Source: Chrysomallon squamiferum (lineage: Eukaryota > Animalia > Mollusca). From it: 64,000 nucleotides of DNA. Below are positions 13,879 to 27,265 of the stretch, piece after piece; positions within the stretch are counted from its first letter, which is position 1; each line of letters begins with the position of its first letter. A model generated the notes under the pieces. It searched no databases and had not been told where the DNA came from. It worked only from the letters and a program-made list of their open reading frames with translations. The stretch spans positions 32,922,001 to 32,986,000 of the forward strand of contig CM022672.1 in assembly GCA_012295275.1 (NCBI GenBank), in the 5' to 3' direction. Position numbers and translations under genes: made by a program.

Positions 13879-14878
13879 TCAAATCATATCTGGTGAAGGG
13901 TAGTTTAGAATAGAATGTAACAAAAAGAAAATATAGATTTATAAACTTTTATATAACTTTTCAGTTTTTTAAAAATGTATTATTGGCATAAGAAAAAAAT
14001 GTATTTTTTATTTTAGTTTTTTTTTTTATTACTGTAGTATCCACTATCTTCAGCACACACACACACACACACACACACATTAACAGAAATAAATCAGTCT
14101 TTACATATTTCAAAATAAGTTTAAAAAAATAAATAAATTATTTTATGGTAACATGTGGATTGTTTCTGTCAAGTTTCAGTTCTATAACACAAAAAGTAAT
14201 TCTTTTTTATTTTCAATCACACGTCCACTTATTTATTCACTTAATAATTAATTTCAAGATCAACGGGTATTTTAAGATTTTTAACAACCACTAATTATGT
14301 AAAAGGTTGTGTAAAAAGGGGACTATATACCTGTGTGTATGTCAGTGTCAGCGTCAGAGATCTTGCTATATTTTGTAAGAGATGGTGGGCCTGCCATACC
14401 TTATGGCTTACGACAAGTTCACCCACCATTCATCAGCAATATCCACCACCTGTTTATTCAGACTGGCTGTCAAGTCACTGTTTTGCACTTTTTGGGTCAG
14501 CAGTTCACGTGTTTTGTCCTTAAACAAAATAAATGTAATCTGAAGCAATGACTGTCATATTTACAAAGGGACACAATCCAATTTCTCTGAAATTTGCTGC
14601 AACTCCTCGCAATGCCTGTGTAATTAAGGCTACTGTAGCAGGTGCTTGTGTGGCTGAATTATTGTGCATGAATTTTAGAACATGCAACTGTGTAATATTT
14701 ATGTTATCCTAGATAACTTAAATAATTTTTGTTAAATATTATTTTTGAAAGAAAAAAAGTGCAGTATATAAAAATAATTATTATAAACAGCCCATTGCCA
14801 ACTCAACGTCACATTCTCATAAATATTCTTTATCATAACTGCGTGGCAAATTTTTACTTTCAGAGCAATAAAAATGAT

Positions 14879-14921
<43 letters not shown>

Positions 14922-16548
14922 ATATACAACAAATACAGAAGGTTACAAAACAATATATATAATTTTGTATAACTATATTCAAGTAAAGAATATAATTCAC
15001 AGAACAACCAGTCAAAACTTGATACAACAGACACATTGATTTTATTTAACTGCAAATAAAATAAACTTGTTATTTATAGGAGTATTTTTTTTTTGCAAAC
15101 AAGTAATTTGAACATTGTTCACAGAACTTGTACCCCTGAAAATTTTCTGTACCATCCCTTCATTTAACTTGCACCAGTTATATCAGTCCCTGCCATCCCT
15201 TTCACAAATGCTGGGGAGACCACTGTATTTTATATATGTTGTTACCATTTCTATATAAAAGTTTTGGGGGTTTTATTCACAGGGTTATGTTACAGTCTGT
15301 GAACTCAATTATATACAGTTTTTAATTTTGTAATAAAATACGTATTTAGCATTTTATCAAAATATTATTTCTCCACATTGTATCTATTAAATTTATTAAA
15401 TGTTTTGGATACTGTTTGTGTTTGTTTATTTTTATTTTTATTTAATTTTTTGTAAGGAACATTTAGATAGAAAATGTTTTGATTATTTTGATTGAATTTC
15501 ATACTTGTAATAAAATGATAATATTAACATATATATATATATATATATATGTATGAATGTATGTATATTTATTTGTTACGTATCTGTTTGTATGTGTGTA
15601 TGTTATGTATCTGTGTGTGTGTGTGAGAGACAGAGAGAGAGAGAGATTGAGTATTGCACAGTTATATCAAAGATTGGTAGAGAATTAACCAATACTAAGT
15701 CCAAAATCTACTTTAAATCTGCCAAAATTTTATAATTTATATTTGAGTGATAACATGAATGTGCATGGTTATGTGAGTAGCTTATGTAAAATTAATAAAA
15801 ATTGGTAAAATAAACTTTTTAATAACTCTCTCTGAAGTAAAATAGCAAAGTTATATGTTGTCATTATAAACTAGAAACAATTAAATTCTTGTTTTAAATT
15901 ATTATTTTTTTGTCTTAATTTCATTAATTAATAACCAACGAATAACACAAGTACACAGAGTTGTATTATTGATCAGAGAAGGAAGCAGATAGCATCAAAA
16001 TCAGCAGATGTTGACATTTTTATACTTGCAGTTGATGTTCTAATTTCACTCTGCCTGATTGTGTAGGGTTTTTATGTGTATTTAATATCAGTTGTTTCAA
16101 CAGCGTTTTAAAACACTGAGGCTGTCATTGTTCACATTAAATCAGCTGGATTCATTTTTCTTATTTTGAGTGTCATTAACCATATATCCACTATCATACC
16201 CATTATCTTCCACACACATACACAAACAAACACACACACACACAATAACAGAAAGAAATTAGTCTACATATTTCAAAATAAATAAAATAAAATAAATAAT
16301 GTATTTTTTTTAAAACTGAAAAGTTATATTAAGAGAATTTACAAAATTTTCTTTGACATTTTGTAGTGTTTGCTTCTATATATATATATATATTCCAAAT
16401 TTGGAATCTCCAGCACAAATAATTTTCATGCAGCATCTTGACCTGAATTTTAAGATAGTATGAAAAACAAAATGTGACAAAAAATAAAATTAATTTTCAT
16501 AAACCATATTGCCAATTAATATAGTTAGAGGGGTGATGCTATGCATTA

Positions 16549-16603
<55 letters not shown>

Positions 16604-16929
16604 CTGAGAAATGCACTTTCTCTTGATAAAAAGACCTGAAACGTTCACCTGAAAAAAATAAAGTTTTTATATACATTTTCTAAATTGTTGTGTTAGAAAC
16701 TAAAAGACAGTATTGTTTCTTCAAATTGTCTTTCTTCATTTTTTTGTCTTGTATATCCCTGTAAGTAAAAAACAAAATACTTTTTGACTTAGTTATGTAA
16801 ATACAAAATAAAAATGGCTGGACATTGGTCAAAAGAGTATTTTCTTCTCTTTGTGATGGGCAGAACACCATGGATACAAGATAAAATTACAGAAGCTTAG
16901 TCATAAATGTCACAAAGGCTTGAAATATA

Positions 16930-17268
16930 TGTAGCCAAAAATGATATTTGAAATCTGCAGCCAAAACTGATATGTGAAATCTGCAGCCAAAACTGATATT
17001 TGAAGTCTATAGCCAAAAACTGATATTTGAAATCTATAGCCAAAAGTAATATTTTAAGTATATAGCCAAAACTCATATTTGAAATACACAGCCAAAATTC
17101 ATATTTAATTTATATAGCCAAAACTGATATTTGAAAACTATAGCCAAAACTGATATTTAAAATCTATAGCCAAAATTGATATTTTAAATCTGTAGCCAAA
17201 ATTGATATTTGAAATTTATAGCCAAAACTTGTATTTGAACTCTATAGCCAAAGCTGATATTTTAAGTC
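16930..17268. repeat. 26-bp minisatellite, ~13 copies
   Basis: Unit AGCCAAAACTGATATTTGAAATCTAT repeated at ~26-nt spacing (16933, 16959, 16985, 17011...). Confidence 0.9.
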
Positions 17269-17483
17269 TTTTACCAATAATTCTGGTGAAAGTCTTCTGT
17301 ACATGTGCAAGCAATAAAAATGATAAACTGTGCAATCCAAAGAAGGGCCTGAATCATAAGACAATTTTTTTTTTTTTACCTCTGTGAACTTGTGCATAAG
17401 TCAGTTGTACTTAAATGAACTATCTGGTATTTCACATTTCAAACGTCAAACATAAATCAATACAAACATGGAAGATAATCACC

Positions 17484-17684
17484 CTATAAAACGACAGGTA
17501 TCTCTAATTAACTCACAGGTGTTCTAACAATACCTGATTTTAATCCACATGCTCATATTTATATCCACAGCAGGTTTCAGAACAGTAACAGTTTGAAAAC
17601 TAAACGAATTTATATTACTTTTCAAAGCATCTTGAAAACTAAATGTATTTATACTATTTTTCAAAGTATCTTGCAAACTTACAG
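17484..17684 (+). promoter_or_regulatory. Candidate TATA promoter and 5'UTR exon of POFUT1 copy B
   Basis: CTATAAAA at 17484-17491 and a strong donor CAG|GTGAGT at 17685. The copy B ATG exon is preceded by an acceptor TTTTAG (~18328). Confidence 0.35.
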
Positions 17685-18335
17685 GTGAGTTCTTGTTGTT
17701 TCCGAATTTTTAATTTTTGAAATAGTTCTTGATGCTAAATGTACCAGCATATTGGATTATTATGTTACCTTGTTTTAATATAAACAGTGTGGAAAAAAAA
17801 CAACTATATTTTATTAATAGTTTTTCTACTAAATGTGTGTATATTTTAATTAACTTTCTTTTTATTTATTTGTTTATTTATTTATTTATTTGTTTGTTTA
17901 ATTTATTTATTTTATTTTATTTTATTTTATTTTTTTATTTCAATTTGATATAAATATACTAATATTTAAAAATTATAGAAAAATATAGAAACTATAGAAA
18001 AAACTCAATGTTTGCAATAAAATAAAATCTATTGTTTTGAAATGAACGTATCACTTTTAAAAAATTATAGAAAATATTTTTAAAAAAGTATTGTGATAAA
18101 ATAAAAACTATTAGTTTGATATGAATTTATTAATGTTTAAAATTTATAGAAAATATAAATATTAGTGAAAAAAAAGAAACTTTTCTCTTTATTCTTTATT
18201 TAAGTAGTATCTTTTTTTGTTTCAGTCTGTTTTTAAATCTGATTAAAAGCTAACAGGTATGCTTTTTCTAGATAGATGGATATAGACATACATACTTATT
18301 GTTTTATTGCAATATTATTTTATTTTAGGCGCGAA

Positions 18336-18709
18336 ATGTTCTTCATTCAGATGATTTTTGTTCTTGTTTGGATTAAATTGTCAACATCTCTTGAAATTGA
18401 CAGCAATGGATATATTGCATACTGTCCTTGTTTAGGTAAGTTTATAATAGTGCATACATAATATATTCACATGCATTTGTCTACATATTTATACAACATA
18501 TAATAATATAATCTTTAAGATACATATAAATGCGTGTGTATAACATACATATACATAAACACACACACACACACACACATACACACACTTACACACAGCT
18601 AATATATATAACATAACCAATATTATTATTATTTATATATATATATATTATTGATACATTAACAGCCTTTGTTAAAAACAGTCATTTAGTATTATCAAAG
18701 CACTGTGTA

Positions 18710-18778
<69 letters not shown>

Positions 18779-19224
18779 GGCAACAAAAATCATATTTTTC
18801 TCACTCAAGACATTTTTTCTACAAAACTCAACTTCATGGCAACCAGTTCTATCATCATGGGAACTGTAAATAAATGTTTGAAACAACAGTGAATGTATTT
18901 TCAACGTTTACCCTATTTTTATCTTCTTCTTTTTTTTTTTTTCTTTATATCTATATATATATATAGATAAAAACAGTGTGTAAAAAGTAAAAAGTAAAAA
19001 AAATATATATATTATTCTTCTTTCAGGACGTTTTGGCAACCAAGCAGAACAGTTTCTTGGTTCACTGCATTTTGCAAAATCAATAAATCGAACTTTGATC
19101 GTGCCTCCATGGATCGAATATAGAAATAAAATGACACCAGTACGGATACATCTATAATAATAACTGAAATTTATTTGTGTGTGAAATAATCATAATATGT
19201 AAAAGTATATTTATAAATGTGTGT

Positions 19225-19283
<59 letters not shown>

Positions 19284-19607
19284 AATCTTAATTTTTATAA
19301 ATTTTATTAATATTGTTACTATTACTACTGCAACCTCTACTTCAATTACTGATACTACTCTACTTCTATTACCATTACTAGAACTACTACTACTATGACT
19401 ATGACTACTACTACTGCTGGCACACTATCATTATTGCTATTACTATTACTACAGTTGCTACTACTAGTATTACTACTGCTACTACTACTGCTGCTATTAC
19501 AACTATAACTACTGATACTACTACTTGTATTATTACTACTGCTACTACTACCGCCAGTAGTATTACTATTGCTACTACTACTACTATTACAACTATTACT
19601 ACTGATC

Positions 19608-19640
<33 letters not shown>

Positions 19641-19969
19641 ACAGTATTAACTTATAATTTGTTTTATAAAATTATGTTATCATCTTTTCGGATGTAGTTA
19701 TTATTATGTTTACTTTATAATAATGGCTGCTTAATTTGCAGATAAACAAACAAAAAAAAAAAAATATTTTCATTTATTTAAGACTACTCTGTTAATTTGC
19801 AGGTGCCATTTGACACCTACTTCAGCATAGAAGCACTGAAAGAGTACCACAGAGTCATCACCATGGAAACCTTCATGAAGCAGTTAGCACCAGAAGTATG
19901 GCCTCCTGAAAAAAGAGTATGTTAGTATTTTTTTTTTTTTTTTTTTTTATTATTATTATATTTATTGCT

Positions 19970-20020
<51 letters not shown>

Positions 20021-20340
20021 AGGCAAACTTGGCTAGCTCAAGTGTTGCTGTATCAAGAATCTCAATCTGTACAGTTTAGTAAAAAATAACCTTCGAATAA
20101 TCAAAACACTGATATGTTGAAAAAATATTCTTTTTTTCATTCTAAAAAAAATATTTTTAATTTAATTTTAATAATTTATTTGTTGTTAATTTATAATAAT
20201 AATTTTAATTTATGGTCTGTATTACTGTTGTAATTATTATCATCATGTTAATATTATAATTATGATTACTATTATTACCATTATATTATTATTATTATTA
20301 TCATCATTACAGTTATTATTAGTAATAGTGTTATTATTAT

Positions 20341-20378
<38 letters not shown>

Positions 20379-22689
20379 TTATTATTATTATTTCCAGCTT
20401 TCTGTGGCAGATCTAAGTTGATAAAAAAGATTGTGAAACAAAAGTTGGAAACCCATTTGGTCCATTTTGGGATTCATTTGAAATTAATTTTGTTCAGTCA
20501 GAACATTATAATGGAGTATTCAACATCCGAGATCAGAAACACGCTAAAAAATGGAAAGAAAGGTGAACTTTTTTTTATAATAATTTATATACATATATAT
20601 ATATATAAACAAATTAAAATGTTGGTTTATGCAATAAATTAATAACATATTTTGTATGTATTTCTTTTCAAAGTTTATTATCTTTTATTTAGGTTTTTGT
20701 TTCATTTTAAACTGTTATCAAAATTTGTTATAAACAACGGTTTTTTAATTAATTTTTTTTATTTTATACGAACGGTTTTATTAATGAATGGCTGAATGCA
20801 AAATAACCTCAAACAAAAACTATATAAGTTTAATTTACAATGATAACATAATGTTGCGAACAGTGTAGCCACTCATTATAATATAATGCACAGCGATGGA
20901 CAATAACATCTTTCTCTGTTGCCAGATATTTTTCCTGTGATCTATATTTCAGCCCTGTCACATTGAACACACAAACACACGCACGCACGCATGCACGCAG
21001 GCACGGACGCACACACAACACACACACATACACATCTCTCTCTTTCTCCCCTGACAAATAAATGCAGACTACTGTTGTTCTTGGTTCTTTAAAAAAAAAA
21101 TGTCCCAGAGACTCTGTTTATATTTTGAGTGTCTAGGAGGAATTTCCCAAGTCCCGTAACTCTAAATAAAGAGAAATAACTTGCAGACGGCTTTAATTGG
21201 GTCTACGCTTATTTAATAATAAACACATGTATAATAAAAATAAAAAAAACTGTACACGTTAGTTCAATCTCTCATAAATGTGAGTTGGTCATTTTAAATT
21301 TAGAAAAACAACTGAATTATAATTCAAAATTTCTTTTGAATGAAGAAAGTTTTATTATCACGATAGAAAATTTCTGTTTACTTTTAAAGCTTCGGTTGCT
21401 GTCATTGCTATTCAGTCAGTGCTGTTTCTACTGTTACAACTACTACCAATACTGCTACTACTACTGCTGCTGCTGCTGCTATCACTATTACAACTATTAT
21501 TGTTGTTAGTTTTGTAATGAGTAACTGGTTACATTTTTTTTTACATTAACATTTGTTACATTTATTTTTCTGTTTATTTTATATTAACATTTTTTTTACA
21601 TTTATTTGTGGAAATTTTTTTCTTTTTTTTTCCCCAGTCACCCAGGTGATGAATTTCCTGTCCTTGCTTTTAAGAGTCCTCCTGCCCAGTTTCCAGCTCT
21701 CGAAAGCAATCACTGGCTTCAGAGGTTTATCAAATGGTCTCATGAATATGAGCAGAAGGCTGAAGATTTCATCAAAACAAAAATCACTGAAAGACCTTTC
21801 CTAGGAATACACCTAAGAAATGGACGTGATTTTGTAAGTTAATTAATTGCTATAATGAATATGTTTAGATAGAGACTGAACTTCAATGAAAACACATATA
21901 CTTATTGAAATCTTGATTTAGTAAGTAATTCATTTTTAATACTTAACACCATTCGAAAATATATGAGAATTGATTCAGATATATTTTGACAATGGATTAT
22001 ATTTATTGGCAATTACATTTTGTAAGTTTTTAATATAAATTAATATACACACATATATATTTTGACAATGCACTATATTTATTGGCAACTCAATTTTATA
22101 AGTTAATTTTTAACATGAAAGTGAGTTAATATGTATTGAACACCACTGAAAATATGAGATTATTTACATATATTTTGACAATATTTTTGACTTTATTTAT
22201 TGATAATGTTGTTTTGTAAGTTAATTAATTTTTTAAAATGAAAGTGAATTAATATATACTCAACACTTTTGAAAACACACCAAGGTGATGCACTGAATTT
22301 ATTGATAACTTGATTTCATCAAAGTAGGGGGTTTGCAATGGCAATAACCAGAGACATTAAACTTCAATGAATTTTACAAGAGAGTTAATGTAAAACTAAA
22401 TCAGGAAGATGTGAATGTGAGCACTTTGCAGAAGTCAAAAGCTAAGCAGTATCAGGATGCATCTAGAATCAGCCTCTTTAACCATTTATCTTGCAATACC
22501 TGTTCAAGATCTCAAACCCACGTGGAAATGATCTTGTTCAGATCTATGGATTAGTGGAAAAAATTTGATTTCTTTTGAAAACAAAGGCACCTTCCACTAC
22601 TGTTTACTTAAAATTGTCTTCTGTTGTATCTACATATCTGAGTATGAGTGTGTTGTCGAGTAAGTTGTATGTTTGTGTGTTTGAGTGTG

Positions 22690-22723
<34 letters not shown>

Positions 22724-22819
22724 AATGAAAAAATAAAAAATCATTTATATTTCTAACAAAAATAATCATTATTTTCATTTATTTTTATTTTATTTATTTT
22801 TATTTTATTATTTTTATTA

Positions 22820-22860
<41 letters not shown>

Positions 22861-23945
22861 TTTTTTTTTTTTTATATTATTATTATTATTATTTTTTTTT
22901 TTTTTTGAATTCAGGAGAAAGCTTGTAGGAGAATAAACGGTGAAAAATCCAAACTGTTTGCATCAGCTCAGTGCACTGGTAATGAAAACGAGAAAGGAAA
23001 TTTAACACAAGAAATTTGTTTCCCCTCAGATCAAACTACAATTGATCAAGTGAAACAAGAAGTGAAACGAACCAAAGTCAAAACTGTATTTGTGGCTTCA
23101 GACAACACACATTTGATAGAAGAGTTTTCAGCAGAAATGCCTCAGGTAAGATGTGTACTGAGTCTAACAAAATGTTCCTTTATTGATGCTAACAAGCATC
23201 ACTGGTGTTTTGTGTAAACTCTTTCCTTGAACTAATGAGACATTCTGTTAATTACAAAGAGCTGCAAGAAGCTCTTCTCCTCAAAGCTTTCCATCTACCA
23301 TGTAGTATAACCTACTAGTTCTGTTGTATTGCCAAGAGCTATTTTTAATTAGTAAAATGAGCAGAATGTTATTGTAATAAATACATTTTATAAACTTCCA
23401 AGTAATTATTAAAATTATTTCTTTTGGTCCAGTTGTAAGAAAATATTTTATTTGCTTCTCATATTAATAATAAAGAAATACTTGTTTTTATTTTATTATA
23501 TCTTTTTAATATGCCTGACTTTAGCTTAATTGTTTATCTAATGAATATAATTTAACTGTTTCTTCTTTAATTTTTATTTATTGAAATTTATTTATTAAAA
23601 AAAAAAAAAGAAAGAAAGAGGATAAATAAAAATTAAGAAAGAAAAATTACAAAATTTTATTTCATATGATTTCAATATTGTTATTATTATATTTTTTTTT
23701 TCTTCTTATTGTTAATATTATGTTGTTTTTTTTTTTTTTGTTTTTTTTTAAAACAGGTCAAGTTTGTGAAGCAGTCAGGTGACCCAAGTCCACATCTTGA
23801 CCTGGCTGTACTGGGAAAAGCTGATTATTTTATAGGAAACTGTGTTTCAACTTTCACAGCATTCGTCAAACGAGAAAGAGATTCTAACAATCTGCCGTCG
23901 TCTTTCTGGGCTTTTAAACCAAAAGACAAACATGATGAACTCTGA
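18336..23945 (+). CDS. POFUT1: POFUT1 paralogue, copy B (about 370 aa, HDEL); apparent 1-nt frameshift in exon 4, so possibly a pseudogene or a homopolymer error
   Basis: Exons 18336-18435, 19027-19139, 19803-19920, 20398-20562, 21638-21833, 22915-23145 and 23757-23945 have the same intron phases as copy A. Motifs [38 protein letters not shown] and GNCVSTF...HDEL are present. The sum is 1112 nt, one base short of frame, with the break near the A6 run at 20423-20428. Confidence 0.85.
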
Positions 23946-25599
23946 TCACAAATAAATTTTACTTTTTGCTTACTCCTACAAATCTGAAGTGTTTTTTGTT
24001 TTTTTTCTTAAATTTTAAATTTAGTTTAAAGCTTTTGTAACTTGTAGTTTTGTTTTCAGTATCAGAATCAAGCCAAACTTCGCAAGTCACATGACATCAG
24101 ACATTAATATTACCCACTGTATGAATAATTGCTTTAATATGTATTTATGATAAACAGCAATATACTGGGTTTTTATTTGCTAAATCAACTTTATTAAAAG
24201 TTTACTCAGAGTGTCAGCAAATAACTGATTGATACATTAAACTCCAGGAATTGTTAATGATATACAAAATAAATTATCTGACAATATCAAACCTATCAAT
24301 CGTCATTATTTAATCTGGAGTTAGACAATGGAGAATATTAATATGAATATTAAGTATGCAAATTATCAAGGTCAAAGCAGGCTACAACATATGGGTTTAG
24401 AATCTTATAGACTGGACATGTTACTAATTTTTGCCACAGAGAAAAAATAGAGAAAGAGAAAACAAAAATAAACGAAATGGTTTTTTTTTGTAAATAATTT
24501 TTTTTTAAGATTACCGTATGCCTTAAACATAGGATAAGAAAGGCTAGTGAAAGGCAAAAAAATATCTTGTCTGGTGCAAAAGTAGGTTTTCTGCCTCATT
24601 TTGACAACAACACATTAATCTGTTTTCTTGACAAAACTAAGGGAATTCATTCTCATCTAATCTTTAATCAACCTACAGAATATAATTAAGTTCCTTTCAT
24701 AAATAATTTAAACAAAGTGCACATTTTGGTAAGGCATTTTAATTGAAAAGAAAAAGAGACTGATACAATGATACATGAGCAAACAAGTAATGTGAGGCTA
24801 TAAAATATCTTAAAAATATTTGTATATTCACATAAATAAACTTTTTAAATGTGCGTAAACATCAAAATGCATTCATAATTCTTATCTCAAGACAAATATG
24901 AAAACTAAGTTTGATCTTTGTGTTTTTATTCCTTTCTTTCCTTATTTATTTTGGTTACAACCTAACATTTGATTGTTTTTCTTTCTTTCTTAGAATTGTC
25001 TCAAAAAAAAAATTATATCTGAATTAAAAATACATAAACAAAATGAAATGTATTAGATTATACAATGTAGATATTTCAGTTACATTTCATATATATTCCA
25101 ATCTCAGGGCATTAATATAAAATCTAAGTTTTGATCTTATTTATTTTTTAGTTGCAATCTAACATTTGATTGATTTTCTTTCTTTATCAGATTTTTATTT
25201 ACATTTAAATTAAAATACATCAACTAATGATTATTGAAGATTGACACTTCAAATCCTTTTCAATGGAATCATAAGAATATTTGGCCCTGACATGAAAAAA
25301 TATGATTGTTATAAATAAATATAACAAATAAATATAAGTGTAATTAAATTACTTAAATATTTTTCTAATCTTGACATATTTGTAATTTCTTTTTTTTTTT
25401 TTTTTTTTTTTAATAATCATTTATATTTTCTTGAATGTTGCTAAATGAAATCTTTTATGTCTTATTTTATTACATAATGTAAACTTAATGAATTATTTAC
25501 AAAAACAAACTAAAAAAGAAGTACGCACATATGGCGCTCAGAATCTGCCTGTTTAAATCAGTGGATACACTGTAATTTTAATACAAAAGATACTTTACT

Positions 25600-25800
25600 G
25601 ACATAAACATCGTAAGTAAAACTGTAAAAATAAATATGTGATATAAATAATACTTGTAAAAATAAATATGTGATATAAATAATACTTGTAAAAATAAAGA
25701 TGTGATGTGATTGATATTGTTAAAAATAAATTGGCGATATAAACAATACTGTAAAAATAAACAAGTGAATGTAAAATAAATAATATAAAAGTAAATAGAC
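25600..25800. repeat. Degenerate ~31-bp AT-rich tandem repeat
   Basis: AATACTTGTAAAAATAAATATGTGATATAAAT-like units, decaying rightwards to ~26050. Confidence 0.6.
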
Positions 25801-27265
25801 AAAGGCTGTACTTAATGTTGTAAGTAAATAAAGGTTGTAAACAATATTGTAAACATGAATCAGTGAAGTAAACAATTTTGCAAAAATCAAGAAATCATGT
25901 AAAATGTTATTGTAAAATTAGATATTGTAAAAATAAGTGATTTAACTACAATAATATTGTAAAAATGATGTAAAAATATAATAGTAATAAATGATGTATA
26001 ATGATACTAAAATTAAATAAATGGTGTAATTAATAACTGTAATAAATGATATTTAAATTATGAACCTATCAATTAATGACTCTAATCTCCAACCTATTTC
26101 TGATTACAGATTTAATCAAATTCCTTACATTAAATTTAAGATGATAAAGACACAAAATATTAAACTTTCTTTTCACTGTTTCAAAAGCCATCGCATTAAA
26201 ATAACACACAACACTTCGCAATTGTTTGTTAATTTGAAAATGCACATTGAAATCTTCAACAATCCACTGTACAAACAAAATCATGTTGAGCCATTTAGTG
26301 TCCAAGCTAAACTGAAGGATATCTGTGATACACAAAAACAGTCTAAAATGCACCATGTATGCTTCCGTTTATTTATATCTTTATATTATTAAGTCAATAT
26401 AATTACTTACATAAATTGATAGCCAAAATATTGCAATCCTAAATAAAACAAAAATTAAATTAATTGTTTTATTTTTCAACGTTTTAGATTGACAAATATT
26501 GATTTTGTTGTTACGTCAAAACAAAATAGTCTTCAATAACAATTTGTTTGTTATTTTTCTAAAATGAAAACCTTTTTAATAAGTGGTATTTTGGATTTAA
26601 AAAGATTCAATTAAAATTAAACTTTGAACAATATATAAAATTATTGTATCTAAATAACAAGTAATTTATTAAAGAATAATTCTGTCCCAGAACACCTAAT
26701 TTTAGTCAGTTCCCAACAATATAGTAATTCATAATTTGCCAGCACATTCAGTAGAGACACAAGCACAGACACACATACTAACTCTCTGTTTCTCTTTCTC
26801 TTGTGTAATTTTTGCTTTTATCTTTTATGTTTATATTTTAATAGATTATTGCAAAGTTGTTTTTATGTCTAAACAGAACATTAAAAGATATATATATATT
26901 ATATATTCTATACATAAGAAATAAAGAAAAATGGTTAATGCTGTTAACACAAAGTGGTTACACTGTTGTCATATTAGAAAATATTTTTCTCTAGAGTCTA
27001 TAAAATAAGCTGGAAGCATACAAAATGTATTTAGTCATTTTGTTTGAAATACCACAGGAAAAGAAAAAAACTTTTTTTTTTTTCAGCCATTTAGTGAATA
27101 CGTTTGTTTTTAATGCTGTCGTATGTCATATTAATCTTTATGGATTTTTCAATTTCAGCAACAAATCACTTTTTAACAATCCTTCAGTCAAAGAAATCAT
27201 CTTTCTGAAACCACAAATGTAACTGAAACAGTCAGATGAGCATCTCGTCGTCAAGGCAACTTTCG

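Noticed and set aside
14333-15225. Short ORFs and hAT-like end fragments downstream of POFUT1A
   Set aside because: No recognisable protein motif and no paired TIR/TSD; probably old transposon debris, but not supportable.
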